DNA of 64,000 bases from an uncultured delta proteobacterium (GCA_963695875.1 CAVOID010000011.1:96001-160000), one strand, 5' to 3'. Shown: positions 1 through 9,806, counted from the stretch's first letter. Numbers and translations are program-made. Notes: generated by a model from the sequence alone, not told the origin.

Positions 1-2810
1 ATCTTAGCAAAAGAGATATGGAAGTGAGGACGGACCTGAATGAGCTTGAGGCTTCAATCGAAGGGATAAAGGCAGAGGTCCTCGAAAATGAAACGTCCGT
101 TTCAGAATGCCAGGAAAAACTCTATGACATCAGAAACTCGATCAACATCAAGGAACAGGGGATAGAACATCTTAAAGATAAAATAAAAGATATAGCCTCA
201 CAAAAACTGAAAAACCACTCAGAAGTAGAATCACTCCGTTTTAGGCAGGAGAACTTGAGTAAAGAGGCGGAAACCCTAAGCGTATTGGCGGGTAAATCCG
301 GTGAGGAGATTCAAAATGTAAGAAATAGTGTCCTGCAAAACCAGACGGCACTTGAAGAACACAGGGTAATGGCCAAATCCATTCACGTGGAACTTGAGGC
401 AAAGAAGGTAGCGTTTATCGAAATTGTTACGGAAAAGGCGAGGTTAAGAAATACTCTGACCGGTTTCACAAAGGGAATTGATGATATAAGGAAAAGAATA
501 GAGAGGGACATCAGGGAAATAAATGAAAACAAGGAAAGACTTGCTGCTACTCATAAAAATCTCGATCATTTGAGATCAGGGTTAAAAACGGATGAGGAAA
601 CACTCGACCGTCTAGGGGATAAAGGAAATACTGTCTCCGATGAGCTTGAACAAGCGAAATATGATCTGCAGATGATTGACGAAAACATCTCAGAAAAAAA
701 GGAAGCGGCGGGAAGAAAATCGTCGCGGCTTTCGTCCTTGAGAGAGTTACAGGAAAACTATGCCTGGTGCAGTGAAGGTACAAAGTCCATTATGAAAGCA
801 GAGAAGGTCAATAACCTCGAAATACTGCCCCGCGAAACTTTCCTGGGGTTAGTTGCAGATGTTCTCGATGTTCCAAAGGATTACGAAACAGCTGTTGAGG
901 CTGTCCTGGGGGAGAAGCTCCAGTATATAGTGGTTAAAAGTCAGAAAGACGGTGTAAAAGCAATCGACTATCTGAAGAGTTCTTCCTTAGGCAGGGGGAG
1001 CTTTGTCCCCCTTGAAGTCAGAAATCAGGTTCTGGGCTCTGAGGCAGAGCATCTCAAGGGAGCAGTCAGGCTCATTGACATGGTCAATGTTCATCAAGGC
1101 TTCGAAAAAATAGCCGATTATCTGCTGGGGGATGTCTTATTAATACCGAACCTTGTGAGCGGCATTTCCCTCTGGGAGCGAAACGGCTTCAGGGGTACGT
1201 TCGTTACATCGGAAGGAGACGTCATAAATCCACACGGAGTGTTAACAGGTGGAAGCAGAACGAACGGAGAGAAAAGTCTTCTCCGTATTAAGCGGGAGAT
1301 CGCCGAACTGGAAGATGAGGTTAATCAGTTAAATGCATTGCTTGAGGAGGAAGCTGAAAAGAAAAAAGAAGCAGCATCGCTTATACAGCAATGGGAAGAA
1401 GAATTGCTCCAGCTGAGATCGGAAATCCGTGATCTTGAGCTTCGAGTCAACGGCATGCGAAAAGATGTTGAGAGATATGAGTCTGAAATAAAAGGGATTG
1501 AGCAGAGGATAAAAATCATCGATTTCAGTTGTGAGAATCTTCAGTCAGAAGAAGAGAGTACTTTAGAAGAAATCAACAAGATGAAGGAAGCTATCGTCTC
1601 TTCCGAAAGTGAAGAAGAAAAAATCAACCATGCTATATCTTCCCTCCAGGAAAAATGGGATACACTGAGGGTGAAGGTAGAGGAGCAGGAAGAATGTCTT
1701 ACAAGGGAAAAGATTCATCTGGCATCCCTTGAAGAGAAGAGAAATGCCGACCTCAAGGCTATAGATAGATTGGAAGCTGACAGGACAAATACGGTACGTG
1801 AAATCGATGTTAGAATGAAGGATCTAATGCAGAGTGAAAATGAAGTTGAGGATATAACCAATCAAATCTCGGCTGAACAGGACCTCCTTGAACGGCTGTC
1901 CTCGGATCATGAAGATATTGAAGGGATCCTCTCGGAGATGAAGAGATCACAGCAGGAAAGGGAATATTTATTGAGAAACCGGGAGACGGATCTCAGAGAG
2001 GTTAAAAAAGCCCTTGACCAGCTAGTCAAGGAATCCAGTGACCTGGAGATGGAATATCGCGAGTTATCTTTCCAGATGGATAGCTTGAGAAAGGGTATTG
2101 AGGGAAAATACTACATGGATTTGGAGGCATTGGTCCCCGAATTTCAGCGACTCGATGAACCGGACATAAAGGAATTAAGCAGCAAACTCGATAAAAACAG
2201 ACAATTCGTGGAAAATTTCGGTGAAGTAAATCTGTTGGCACTCAGTGAATATGAACAGTTGAAAGAGCGTTTTGATTTTCTTACGGGTCAGGTTTCAGAT
2301 CTTAATGCTTCTATGGATGCACTCCAGAGGACAATAACAAAAATAAATAATGAATCCCGAAAGCGGTTTGCGGAGACCTTTGAGGCGGTCAATAAATGTT
2401 TCAGGGAGGTGTTCACCAGAATATTCCCAGGCGGCAAGGGTGAACTGAGACTGACAGATAGCGAAGACCTGCTGGAAACAGGTGTGGACATCGATATTCT
2501 GATTCCCGGAAAACGTGCGCAGAGTATAAGTCTATTATCCGGTGGTGAAAAGTCCCTCGCTGCCATTGCATTGATTTTTGCTATCCTGTTATATCGACCG
2601 GTGCCCTTCTTAGTCTTAGATGAGGTAGATGCCGCTCTTGACGATGCAAACATATCTCTTTTCAATAACCTTGTTAAAGATATCTCGGCAGATTCTCAGA
2701 TAATCATGGTTACCCACAACAAACGTACCATGGAGGTTGCCGAATATCTGTTTGGCATTACCATGCAAAAACAGGGTATTTCAACCATGGTATCCGTAGC
2801 CCTCAACTAA
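1..2810 (+). CDS. smc: Chromosome segregation protein SMC (5' part outside window)
   Basis: Long coiled coil, hinge region (GLVADVLDVPKDYETAVEAVLG), C-terminal LSGGEK signature and Walker B LDEVDAALD. Confidence 0.97.
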   Translation, partial: LSKRDMEVRTDLNELEASIEGIKAEVLENETSVSECQEKLYDIRNSINIKEQGIEHLKDKIKDIASQKLKNHSEVESLRFRQENLSKEAETLSVLAGKSGEEIQNVRNSVLQNQTALEEHRVMAKSIHVELEAKKVAFIEIVTEKARLRNTLTGFTKGIDDIRKRIERDIREINENKERLAATHKNLDHLRSGLKTDEETLDRLGDKGNTVSDELEQAKYDLQMIDENISEKKEAAGRKSSRLSSLRELQENYAWCSEGTKSIMKAEKVNNLEILPRETFLGLVADVLDVPKDYETAVEAVLGEKLQYIVVKSQKDGVKAIDYLKSSSLGRGSFVPLEVRNQVLGSEAEHLKGAVRLIDMVNVHQGFEKIADYLLGDVLLIPNLVSGISLWERNGFRGTFVTSEGDVINPHGVLTGGSRTNGEKSLLRIKREIAELEDEVNQLNALLEEEAEKKKEAASLIQQWEEELLQLRSEIRDLELRVNGMRKDVERYESEIKGIEQRIKIIDFSCENLQSEEESTLEEINKMKEAIVSSESEEEKINHAISSLQEKWDTLRVKVEEQEECLTREKIHLASLEEKRNADLKAIDRLEADRTNTVREIDVRMKDLMQSENEVEDITNQISAEQDLLERLSSDHEDIEGILSEMKRSQQEREYLLRNRETDLREVKKALDQLVKESSDLEMEYRELSFQMDSLRKGIEGKYYMDLEALVPEFQRLDEPDIKELSSKLDKNRQFVENFGEVNLLALSEYEQLKERFDFLTGQVSDLNASMDALQRTITKINNESRKRFAETFEAVNKCFREVFTRIFPGGKGELRLTDSEDLLETGVDIDILIPGKRAQSISLLSGGEKSLAAIALIFAILLYRPVPFLVLDEVDAALDDANISLFNNLVKDISADSQIIMVTHNKRTMEVAEYLFGITMQKQGISTMVSVALN

Positions 2811-3006
2811 GGAGCCGTGAGCTGCCAATAGAGTTTGTCACTGAATGACAGAACGCTTCTTGTAGTCAATAAATCAGCGATGAAGATTGATGTGCGTATA
2901 GCAAATACTAATGTGCATAGTTGCTAATGGGACTAATTTATTGAATTCTGGATGAAGGTGCAAAGTCTTGACAGTAAATTCTCCGTACATGAAGAGTGTG
3001 CCTATT

Positions 3007-3056
3007 TTCCTGAAGTCAACACCCGCGCTTGTAATTAAAACATTGCAGATTACAGG
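3007..3056 (+). repeat. ~50-bp direct repeat, copy 1 (copy 2 at 5362-5412)
   Basis: ttcctgaagtcaacacccgcgcttgtaattaaaacattgcagattacagg vs ttcctaaaagtcaacacccgcatttctgattaaaacattgctgattacagg, about 44/51 identical. Confidence 0.85.
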
Positions 3057-3268
3057 CTAATCTTCAGCACAAATCAGCGCAAGAGTTTTCGTTAATTGTA
3101 CTATATAGTAAGTAGAGGGAAGTGAAAATTGCTGTCTTGACGCTGGGAGGGCGGCATGGTCGAAGCCAAGAGCGACTTTCTCAGAGCACCCTAGGGTTGA
3201 GATGGCCTTTGTTTTCGAGGAATTAATATGGTAACGGTATTTTTTTTATTTAAGAGAATGCCCTAGAG

Positions 3269-3698
3269 TTATTTAAATTTCTTTATAATTTCTTCTTTAA
3301 TTTTGTTAGGGGGAATATTTTTATCATGTAATCTTTTTGTTAAGAGGGCCTCCTCTTGACATATCATTCACCCCGCCCCATGCTTATCAATAAAACAATC
3401 TAAAAGATTTTCATGACCATAAGCACTCACATTCGCAGAAACAAGGCACCTTTGAGAGAATTTCAGGAATATCCTTTGCTATCTGGTAAGCCTCTTTAGC
3501 CTTTCCTTTAAAAAGGTTGGGATCAAGAGTTTCCGGTAATCCAGTTTTTGGGTTGATTGCCTTTTCTTTCATAATCTTAAAAGCTTCTGGATTTGCTTCC
3601 TGTGCTATGGCTTTAGAACCTTCTGTAGTAATCATCGTTAGGAAAAAGACGAGCAGTAGAAGCATAAAAATTGAATGATGCATTTTATTTTCAACCAT
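3269..3698 (-). CDS. PCYCGC/CYCXC-motif exported protein, predicted selenoprotein (one indel near 3425, in-frame UGA at 3368-3370)
   Basis: Signal peptide, then AYQIAKDIPEILSKVPCFCECE. After a 1-nt shift it continues YGHENLLDCFIDKHGAG-(UGA)-MICQEEALLTKRLHDKNIPPNKIKEEIIKKFK*. The UGA occupies the first Cys of the family HxxxCxxC motif. Confidence 0.8.
3338..3361 (-). promoter_or_regulatory. Bacterial SECIS-like hairpin of the PCYCGC gene
   Basis: TGTCAAGAGG-AGGC-CCTCTTAACA stem-loop; apical loop 16 nt after the UGA. Confidence 0.7.
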
Positions 3699-3842
3699 TA
3701 TTTACACCCTCTTTTCAATTGATCTCAAATCTTTAAATGAACCCCGTACACACTTGTACGTACAAGTCGTAATTCCAATATCGGCAGAATCATAGACCTG
3801 ATCCGACTCTTTATGCTGTGGACATTACGTGGTGCTGTGTTC

Positions 3843-4007
3843 TCAGGCCGGCTTGATCATCTTTTTTACTTTCTGCTCGGTGATGGCCATATTGTGGCTT
3901 TTCTTCGCATGTTGAATGGCTATCGCAACGAGTTCTTTTTCGTCATGGCTCTTCCCGGAGAAGTTGCATGGTGCGGGACACTCTATCTTTTTCATCTGCT
4001 CTGCCAT
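3843..4007 (-). CDS. DUF1059-like small metal-binding protein (54 aa, below the ORF-track cutoff)
   Basis: MAEQMKKIECPAPCNFSGKSHDEKELVAIAIQHAKKSHNMAITEQKVKKMIKPA*; CxxxC plus HxxxxH; RBS GAGGT upstream. Confidence 0.75.
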   Translation of the reverse strand: MAEQMKKIECPAPCNFSGKSHDEKELVAIAIQHAKKSHNMAITEQKVKKMIKPA

Positions 4008-4383
4008 GGTTGTTACCTCAATGATTTAAATTTTTATATTCGTCACCATAAAACCTGTCTTGTAAATAAGCATGTACCTGATTTTCGATGCTCCATTCTC
4101 CTAGTTACTCCGCTGATTGATTAAATCGCCATTTCGGTTTTCCGGCTACCAACCGCCTCTTGAGCGACTTTGATGTTTCATCAAGTCTTCTTCTAGGCAT
4201 ATAATACAGCCTCGATATCTTCCTGTTGTCAGTAAATGTCACTTCAATAAGAATTATCACCCGTTCATCCAGAAATGATCACCTGCGGAAGGGATCAATT
4301 CCTATAACATCCTCAATTACATTATGATAACCACTTTTCAGGTAGTATTGAGCGTGTATTAATCACCCCACATCGCTTCAAGT

Positions 4384-4695
4384 TTATTGGATGATCTTCG
4401 GTTTCCCTTCGATCGGGGAGTCGTGTTTGGCCAGATCCTCTGCAATCTTATCAATACTGGTTTTTGTGTCGTCGAATTTTACCATGACTTCATGAGTGAA
4501 TTGGTTCGCATCATATTGCAGTACCCCTGGGATTTCCTTCAGGGCAATACCTACCCTGCTAGCCGTGTCCGGTCATTCGCATCCTGGGACCACTATCTTG
4601 ACAATTCTTTCAGCAGCAAAAATGGTTTGTGACGCAATGAGCAGTAACACTACACTGAAAATACAGATCATAAGGTAATATTTCTTGTGCTTCAT
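4384..4695 (-). CDS. Exported heavy-metal-associated (HMA/MerP-like) protein, predicted selenoprotein (in-frame UGA at 4573-4575)
   Basis: MKHKKYYLMICIFSVVLLIASQTIFA-AERIVKIVVPGCE-(UGA)-PDTASRVGIALKEIPGV...VMVKFDDTKTSIDKIAEDL...*; 103 codons in one frame, HMA-type pattern, RBS GAGGAG. Confidence 0.8.
4540..4558 (-). promoter_or_regulatory. Bacterial SECIS-like hairpin of the HMA gene
   Basis: CAGGGTA-GGTAT-TGCCCTG; loop 21 nt after the UGA and starting with G. Confidence 0.7.
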
Positions 4696-4760
4696 GCGAA
4701 ATCTCCTCAGTATAAGGGGGTTAGATTATAAAGATGTCTCTCTACATTTACATCTATATT

Positions 4761-5222
4761 TTATTTCTCGAAGAACAATTCGTCCTCAATCTTGATGCAT
4801 CCGATGACACTCTGGGCGGCGGGGCAACGAGTGATATAGTTTGAGAAGCACTCTTTCGCATCGGCCATCTTTTCCTCAGTTACTTTCAGGTGGTATTTAA
4901 CACGGATGGTTGTGATCTTAAGGACTCCATTGACATTCTCGATGTCTCCTTCCACATCGGCCCAGTAAAGAGGTTCCGGGGTGGGAATCTTTTTTCCGGC
5001 CATCACCGTGGCCAGCGTCCCCATCATTCACCCTGCTGTCGCTGCAACAATATGATCAAGTGTTGCCGCATGCTCCTTTTCCGGCTCGACTTTGTAAAAC
5101 TTCATGATCCCACCGTGGACACCATAATAGACCGGTTCCGAAAATCCCTCAATCATCGCTCTCCGGGTCGGTCCTTTTTCCCTGACGATTTTAATTCGTG
5201 ATGTATGAACAACTTCTCCCAT
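4761..5222 (-). CDS. OsmC/Ohr-like protein, predicted selenoprotein (in-frame UGA at 5028-5030)
   Basis: ORFs 5028..5288 and 4761..5027 are in the same frame, separated only by UGA: TLDHIVAATAG-U-MMGTL (OsmC AxxCxxxT motif). The second Cys is in RCPAAQS. Confidence 0.85.
4996..5015 (-). promoter_or_regulatory. Bacterial SECIS-like hairpin of the OsmC gene
   Basis: CTGGCCA-CGGTGA-TGGCCGG; loop 19 nt after the UGA. Confidence 0.65.
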
Positions 5223-5361
5223 ACTAACCCTCCTTGGTCTTTTCCCACATAATAACTTAGCAGAAGGGTATTTACAACAAAATCCCACACAAATATGCCA
5301 TTATCCTGACAGGTCGTCAGATTTATTTGACCAAGACTGTCATTGGGGTGTTGAGACGTGC

Positions 5362-5412
5362 TTCCTAAAAGTCAACACCCGCATTTCTGATTAAAACATT
5401 GCTGATTACAGG
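5362..5412 (+). repeat. ~50-bp direct repeat, copy 2
   Basis: Matches 3007-3056. Confidence 0.85.
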
Positions 5413-5455
5413 AGGTACGGATCATATTGCGGTTTATAGTTGTTCGACAACAAAA

Positions 5456-5482
5456 TTGACTTTTGTAAACTAATCATATAAT
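5456..5482 (+). promoter_or_regulatory. Sigma70-like promoter of the CBS-NhaD operon
   Basis: TTGACT-15 nt-TATAAT (short spacer). Confidence 0.5.
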
Positions 5483-5504
5483 GTAATTGAAAAATTAAAT
5501 ATTG

Positions 5505-5587
5505 ATCTGGGGTTCAGAGACTATTCTCTGGAGGAATACGGTAAGTTGGTCGGGCCGCCACTGTTTAAAACAGTTGGCGGCTTTTTT
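5505..5587 (+). ncRNA. Candidate monovalent-cation riboswitch (DUF1646/Na+-I or nhaA-I/Li+-I-like) with overlapping intrinsic terminator
   Basis: GGGGTT-[hairpin CAGAGA/TCTCTG]-GAGGAATACGGTAAGTTGGTCGGGCCGCCA, then terminator GCCGCCACTGTTT/AAACAGTTGGCGGC-TTTTTT, upstream of a cation/H+ antiporter operon. Confidence 0.65.
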
Positions 5588-5689
5588 ATATTATGCCATT
5601 TTTACCCTCTCACCTTCATTCGTATGCAAGTAGATAAATACAGAAAATATGACTGAACCTAATAACTTATTGCGGGGAGATTATCGTGT

Positions 5690-6163
5690 ATGAAAGCAAA
5701 AGATTTGATGGTACCTGTTTATGATTATCTTAGGCCCGACAACAGTATCAGGGAAGCTGTCAATCTTCTCAGAACCGCTATACGGGGGAAAAATAAGTTT
5801 GGCGTTATGGGCTTATCCGTACTTGACGAAAAGGGGAAGCTTGTGGGGATGCTTTCCATGACGGACATTCTCAAGGCGGTCTACCCTTCCTACATGTCCA
5901 TGATGAATTTAGGTGAATTTACATGGGACGGAATGCTGGAGTCCCTCGCCAGGCAAGCGGGGGAAAGAAAGGTAAAAGACCTCATGACCAGTCCTGTGGT
6001 TACCGTTCACGAGGATGATCCTCTCATGGAGTGCGTGGACCATTTATTGAAAAACAACGTCAGAAGGATGCCTGTTCTGAATAAAGAGGGTAAAGTTGTC
6101 GGGATGATATACTTGAGAGATATATTCTTTGCCGTCACAAAGGCGATGTTAGACGAGAATTAA
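5690..6163 (+). CDS. CBS domain pair protein
   Basis: Two CBS repeats (VLDEKGKLVGMLSMTDIL; MPVLNKEGKVVGMIYLRDI). Confidence 0.9.
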   Translation: MKAKDLMVPVYDYLRPDNSIREAVNLLRTAIRGKNKFGVMGLSVLDEKGKLVGMLSMTDILKAVYPSYMSMMNLGEFTWDGMLESLARQAGERKVKDLMTSPVVTVHEDDPLMECVDHLLKNNVRRMPVLNKEGKVVGMIYLRDIFFAVTKAMLDEN

Positions 6164-6175
6164 CAGAGGTGAAAA

Positions 6176-7546
6176 ATGACGCAGGAAGTCGTCGCTGCTT
6201 CAAATCAGATCGTTATGGGACCGGCGTTCTGGATTGCGACATCAATTTTTATTCTTGCTTACGCCCTGATCGTATTGGAGAAGATCCATAAGACCACCAT
6301 TGCTATCTTCGGGGCGGCCCTGATGATTGTTCTGGGCATTGTAACCCAGGACGATGCATTCCATTCGACCGAACTGGGAGTTGATTGGAACGTGATCTTT
6401 CTCCTCGTAAGCATGATGACCATTATCAATATCATGAAGCCTACCGGTGTGTTTGAGTACATCGCTATCAAGAGCGCCAAGGCGGCAAAGGGGAAACCGT
6501 TTATGATCATGGCGATATTTTCTGTTGTGACGGCTGTTCTCTCGGCTTTTTTGGACAATGTCACGACGGTGCTCCTGATCGCTCCGGTAACGCTTCTCAT
6601 CTGCCAGGCACTTGGAGCTTGATGTCGTCCCATTTCTCATTACGGAGGCCTTGCCTCCAACATCGGCGGGACGGCAACCCTCATCGGCGACCCGCCGAAC
6701 ATCATGATCGCCTCGAAGGCCCAACTGGACTTTATGGCATTCATTTACCATCTGACGCCGGTCATTATCATTACCATGATCATATATATCATTACCCTGA
6801 AGCTGATATTCGGAAAAAGACTGACAGTAAGAGAGGACTTGCGGCAGCGTGTCATGGCCATGGATGAAAACGAAGCGATTAAAGATCCGGTGCTCCTGAA
6901 AAAATCCCTTGTTGTCCTGGCGGTGACGATGACGGGATTTGTCTTCCATGGGATGCTCCATTTGCAGCCTGCAACGATTGCCTTTGTCGGTGCTGGGCTA
7001 CTTCTCCTGGTTTCCGGGATCAAAGAACCTCATCACATACTTGCCGAGGCGGAGTGGGGAACTCTCTTTTTCTTCATAGGGCTGTTCATTATCATCGGAG
7101 GAGTCATCAAGGTCGGCCTCATCAAGTGGCTGTCCATTCAGGTATTGGAGATTACCCAGGGAAACATGTTCGCTACGAGCATGGTCGTCATGTGGTTTTC
7201 CGCATTTGCCTCGGCAATTGTCGATAATATTCCCTATGTGGCTACCATGAACCCGTTGATCATCGATATGGCGAAACAGCTCTGGCCGAATCTTTCCGGC
7301 ACTGAGCTTTTACATCATCCGGATTTAATGCCTGTCTGGTGGTCGTTGGCACTTGGCGCATGTCTGGGCGGAAACGGAACGGCCATTGGAGCCTCCGCCA
7401 ATGTTATTGTCGTCGGCATGGCGGAGAGGATGGGCTATCCCATATCGTTCAAGAAGTTCATGCTCTACGGGATGCCGTTTATGATCCAGACAGTTATTAT
7501 CAGCATGATTTATGTCTGGCTGAGGTATTATGTGTTGAATATTTAA
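6176..7546 (+). CDS. ArsB/NhaD-family (IT superfamily) transporter, split by indels near 6615-6660
   Basis: SAFLDNVTTVLL, NIGGTATLIGDPPNIMI, SAIVDNIPYVATM and ACLGGNGTAIGASANVI motifs. Confidence 0.9.
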
Positions 7547-7628
7547 ATTGGGTCAATATCAAAGATGAGAACATAATTGAAAGTAATATGTAGAAGATAT
7601 GATAAAAGAATAGACGGAGGCTTACGGA

Positions 7629-7811
7629 ATGAAAATTCAAGAGATTCGTGAGATTGCGAGGGCACAGGGTGTTAATGCGCTCATTGGTCGAACCAAGCAG
7701 GATATAATCCGTGATATTCAGATCAGTGAAGGCAATTCACCGTGTTTTCGGACTAAAAATGCATGTGAGAACGATTGTTTGTGGAAAAGGGACTGCATAC
7801 TCAACAAATAA
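7629..7811 (+). CDS. Small SAP/Rho-N-like protein with Cys-rich tail
   Basis: MKIQEIREIAR...KQDIIRDIQISEGNSPCF...CENDCLWKRDC; RBS GGAGG. Confidence 0.75.
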   Translation: MKIQEIREIARAQGVNALIGRTKQDIIRDIQISEGNSPCFRTKNACENDCLWKRDCILNK

Positions 7812-8189
7812 ATTTACGTTTCGCTTTAATTAATCGGCATTCAGAACTATGGATTCTGGAGTGCTATCAGAGACTACAGTTCAAATGGTAATCTTCACTC
7901 CAATTTCAAAAATGAAAGTTACTGCTTTGTAGGTGTAGCAAATGCTATCCTTTTTATCTCGTTCTTCCTGAAGTCTTGTTTTTCTAATTCAGCCAATATA
8001 TTCATTATTTCATATGGTAAACATTATTTATTCCACAATGAAAGATGCCGGTAGGCTAACCGTCATTATGCAGGAGGTACTCACGATTCTAAGATATTTC
8101 GAGGGTTGTAATCATATTATTCCCGATTGTCATATCACGGCGAATGTTTATAAAATATTATGGGTCATATTTTACTGAAAGGAACGTTT

Positions 8190-8708
8190 ATGAAAGCAAC
8201 CTTTAAGTGGCTTGTTCATTTTTTTCTGATATGCAGTCTCCTCTTCATTTATTCTTTTCCGAATGCTGCGAGGGCAGAGCAGATCACTAATGTAGTGGAG
8301 AGCGACCAAGCTGACGATTTTACCCTGCAAGATTTGAATGGGAATGACGTCAGTCTGAGCGATTATAAAGGGAGAACGGTCATTCTATTATTCATGACTA
8401 CATGGATTCGCGACTGCTGGAAGGTGATCCCTCATATGAAGGAAATATATGCTCACTATGATTCAAAAGGTCTGGCTATTTTTAATATTGATATCATGGA
8501 ATCAAGAAAAAAGGTGGCGCACTTTTCAAAAGAATACGACATCCCCTATCCAACTCTTTTGGATGAAGATGGAAAACTCTCTCTCAAATACGGGGTTTAT
8601 AGCGTGCCAGTCGTGGTTCTGATCAACGGTGAAGGCCGGATCATCTGTTGGAATTGTTCGTCGCTAGACAAGCTGCTGGAGAAACAATTCGAAATGAAGC
8701 AGAAGTAA
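8190..8708 (+). CDS. Exported TlpA/AhpC-TSA redoxin with atypical active site (WIRDC)
   Basis: Signal peptide, DFTLQDLNGNDVSLSDYKGRTVILLFMTTWIRDC, YGVYSVP cis-Pro loop. Confidence 0.8.
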   Translation: MKATFKWLVHFFLICSLLFIYSFPNAARAEQITNVVESDQADDFTLQDLNGNDVSLSDYKGRTVILLFMTTWIRDCWKVIPHMKEIYAHYDSKGLAIFNIDIMESRKKVAHFSKEYDIPYPTLLDEDGKLSLKYGVYSVPVVVLINGEGRIICWNCSSLDKLLEKQFEMKQK

Positions 8709-8778
8709 CAGCAAAATATTTTGTCCATACCGAATTTTGCTCTAATCTTGTTCTCACTAATATAAGGAGGGTAAAAAG

Positions 8779-9147
8779 ATGATTAGTATCAAGATGGGGA
8801 AAATGAGCGGTTTGGTTTACATATTGCCGGTCATGTTTATGATCATTCTGCTGACTTCCTGTGCGACAATGGGCAAGGCTTATCATAAATATTTAATGAA
8901 AGGCAGCATCATAGAAACCTCGGACGATGGTGTGTACCTCTGCATTGGTACAAGAGACGGTGCAAAAGTAGGTCAGGAGTTCGATGTCTACAAAATCATC
9001 ACAATCTCACATGCTAGGTCGACGTTCCAAAGAGTACATGCAGGAAAGGTAAAGATCACGGAAATTGTTGATGAGCACTTTGCAAAAGCAAAGGTTATTT
9101 CCGGTAAAGCAGAAAAGAATGACATTGTGGAATTATCCGCACCTTAA
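8779..9147 (+). CDS. Lipoprotein, hypothetical
   Basis: Lipobox LTSC, RBS AAGGAGG. Confidence 0.7.
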   Translation: MISIKMGKMSGLVYILPVMFMIILLTSCATMGKAYHKYLMKGSIIETSDDGVYLCIGTRDGAKVGQEFDVYKIITISHARSTFQRVHAGKVKITEIVDEHFAKAKVISGKAEKNDIVELSAP

Positions 9148-9230
9148 TGTGCGATTCAGATTGTTGGAGAAGATGCAAAACCACGTTTTAGATATCTACT
9201 TTTATCTTTAAAAAGGAAAGGAGGCAAATT

Positions 9231-9806
9231 ATGTACTTGAAAGTAAAGAAAATATTTTTGGGGTCAGTCATACTGCTTTTTGTTCTGTCCGTGGCTGTTG
9301 CTACTGCCCAGCAGAGTGCTCCTGCCATCAGCGGTCAAGATCAACAGTTGGTGAATGAGCTGAAAGGCAAAAATGGAAAACAGGCGATGGAACTGGCTTA
9401 TCAATGGAAGCAGACGAATATCGATGTTGTGAGTTTCGTGACCCCAGATGCAGTCCATTTCAAGTTCAAAGATGGAACGGAGAAAGAAGTACCCCTGCCG
9501 GCGGATCAAATGGTCGTATCCATCGCTCCATACATCAATAAGACTCACCCGTGTTCGACGCACTATATGTCGAAGTGCGACGGAGAACTGAAGAATACAC
9601 CCGTAAAGGTCAAGGCCGTAACCGCCCAAGGCAAGGTACTGATCAACAAGACGATTAAAACACCCTATTACGGTTTTATCGATCTCTGGCTACCAAGAGA
9701 TCAGGAGATCAATCTGTTCGTAAGCGCCATGGGTAAGAAAGCAACGGGAAAAATATATACATATAGAAACAGCAAGACCTGCGATACCACACTGAAGCTC
9801 GAATAA
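9231..9806 (+). CDS. CueP-family periplasmic metal-binding protein
   Basis: Signal peptide; SIAPYINKTHPCSTHYMSKCDGEL, GFIDLWLPRD, terminal TCDTTLKL. Confidence 0.8.
   Translation: MYLKVKKIFLGSVILLFVLSVAVATAQQSAPAISGQDQQLVNELKGKNGKQAMELAYQWKQTNIDVVSFVTPDAVHFKFKDGTEKEVPLPADQMVVSIAPYINKTHPCSTHYMSKCDGELKNTPVKVKAVTAQGKVLINKTIKTPYYGFIDLWLPRDQEINLFVSAMGKKATGKIYTYRNSKTCDTTLKLE

Noticed and set aside
8397..8420. Fourth selenoprotein in the TlpA-like gene
   Set aside because: The codon at the expected Cys/Sec position is ATT, not TGA.
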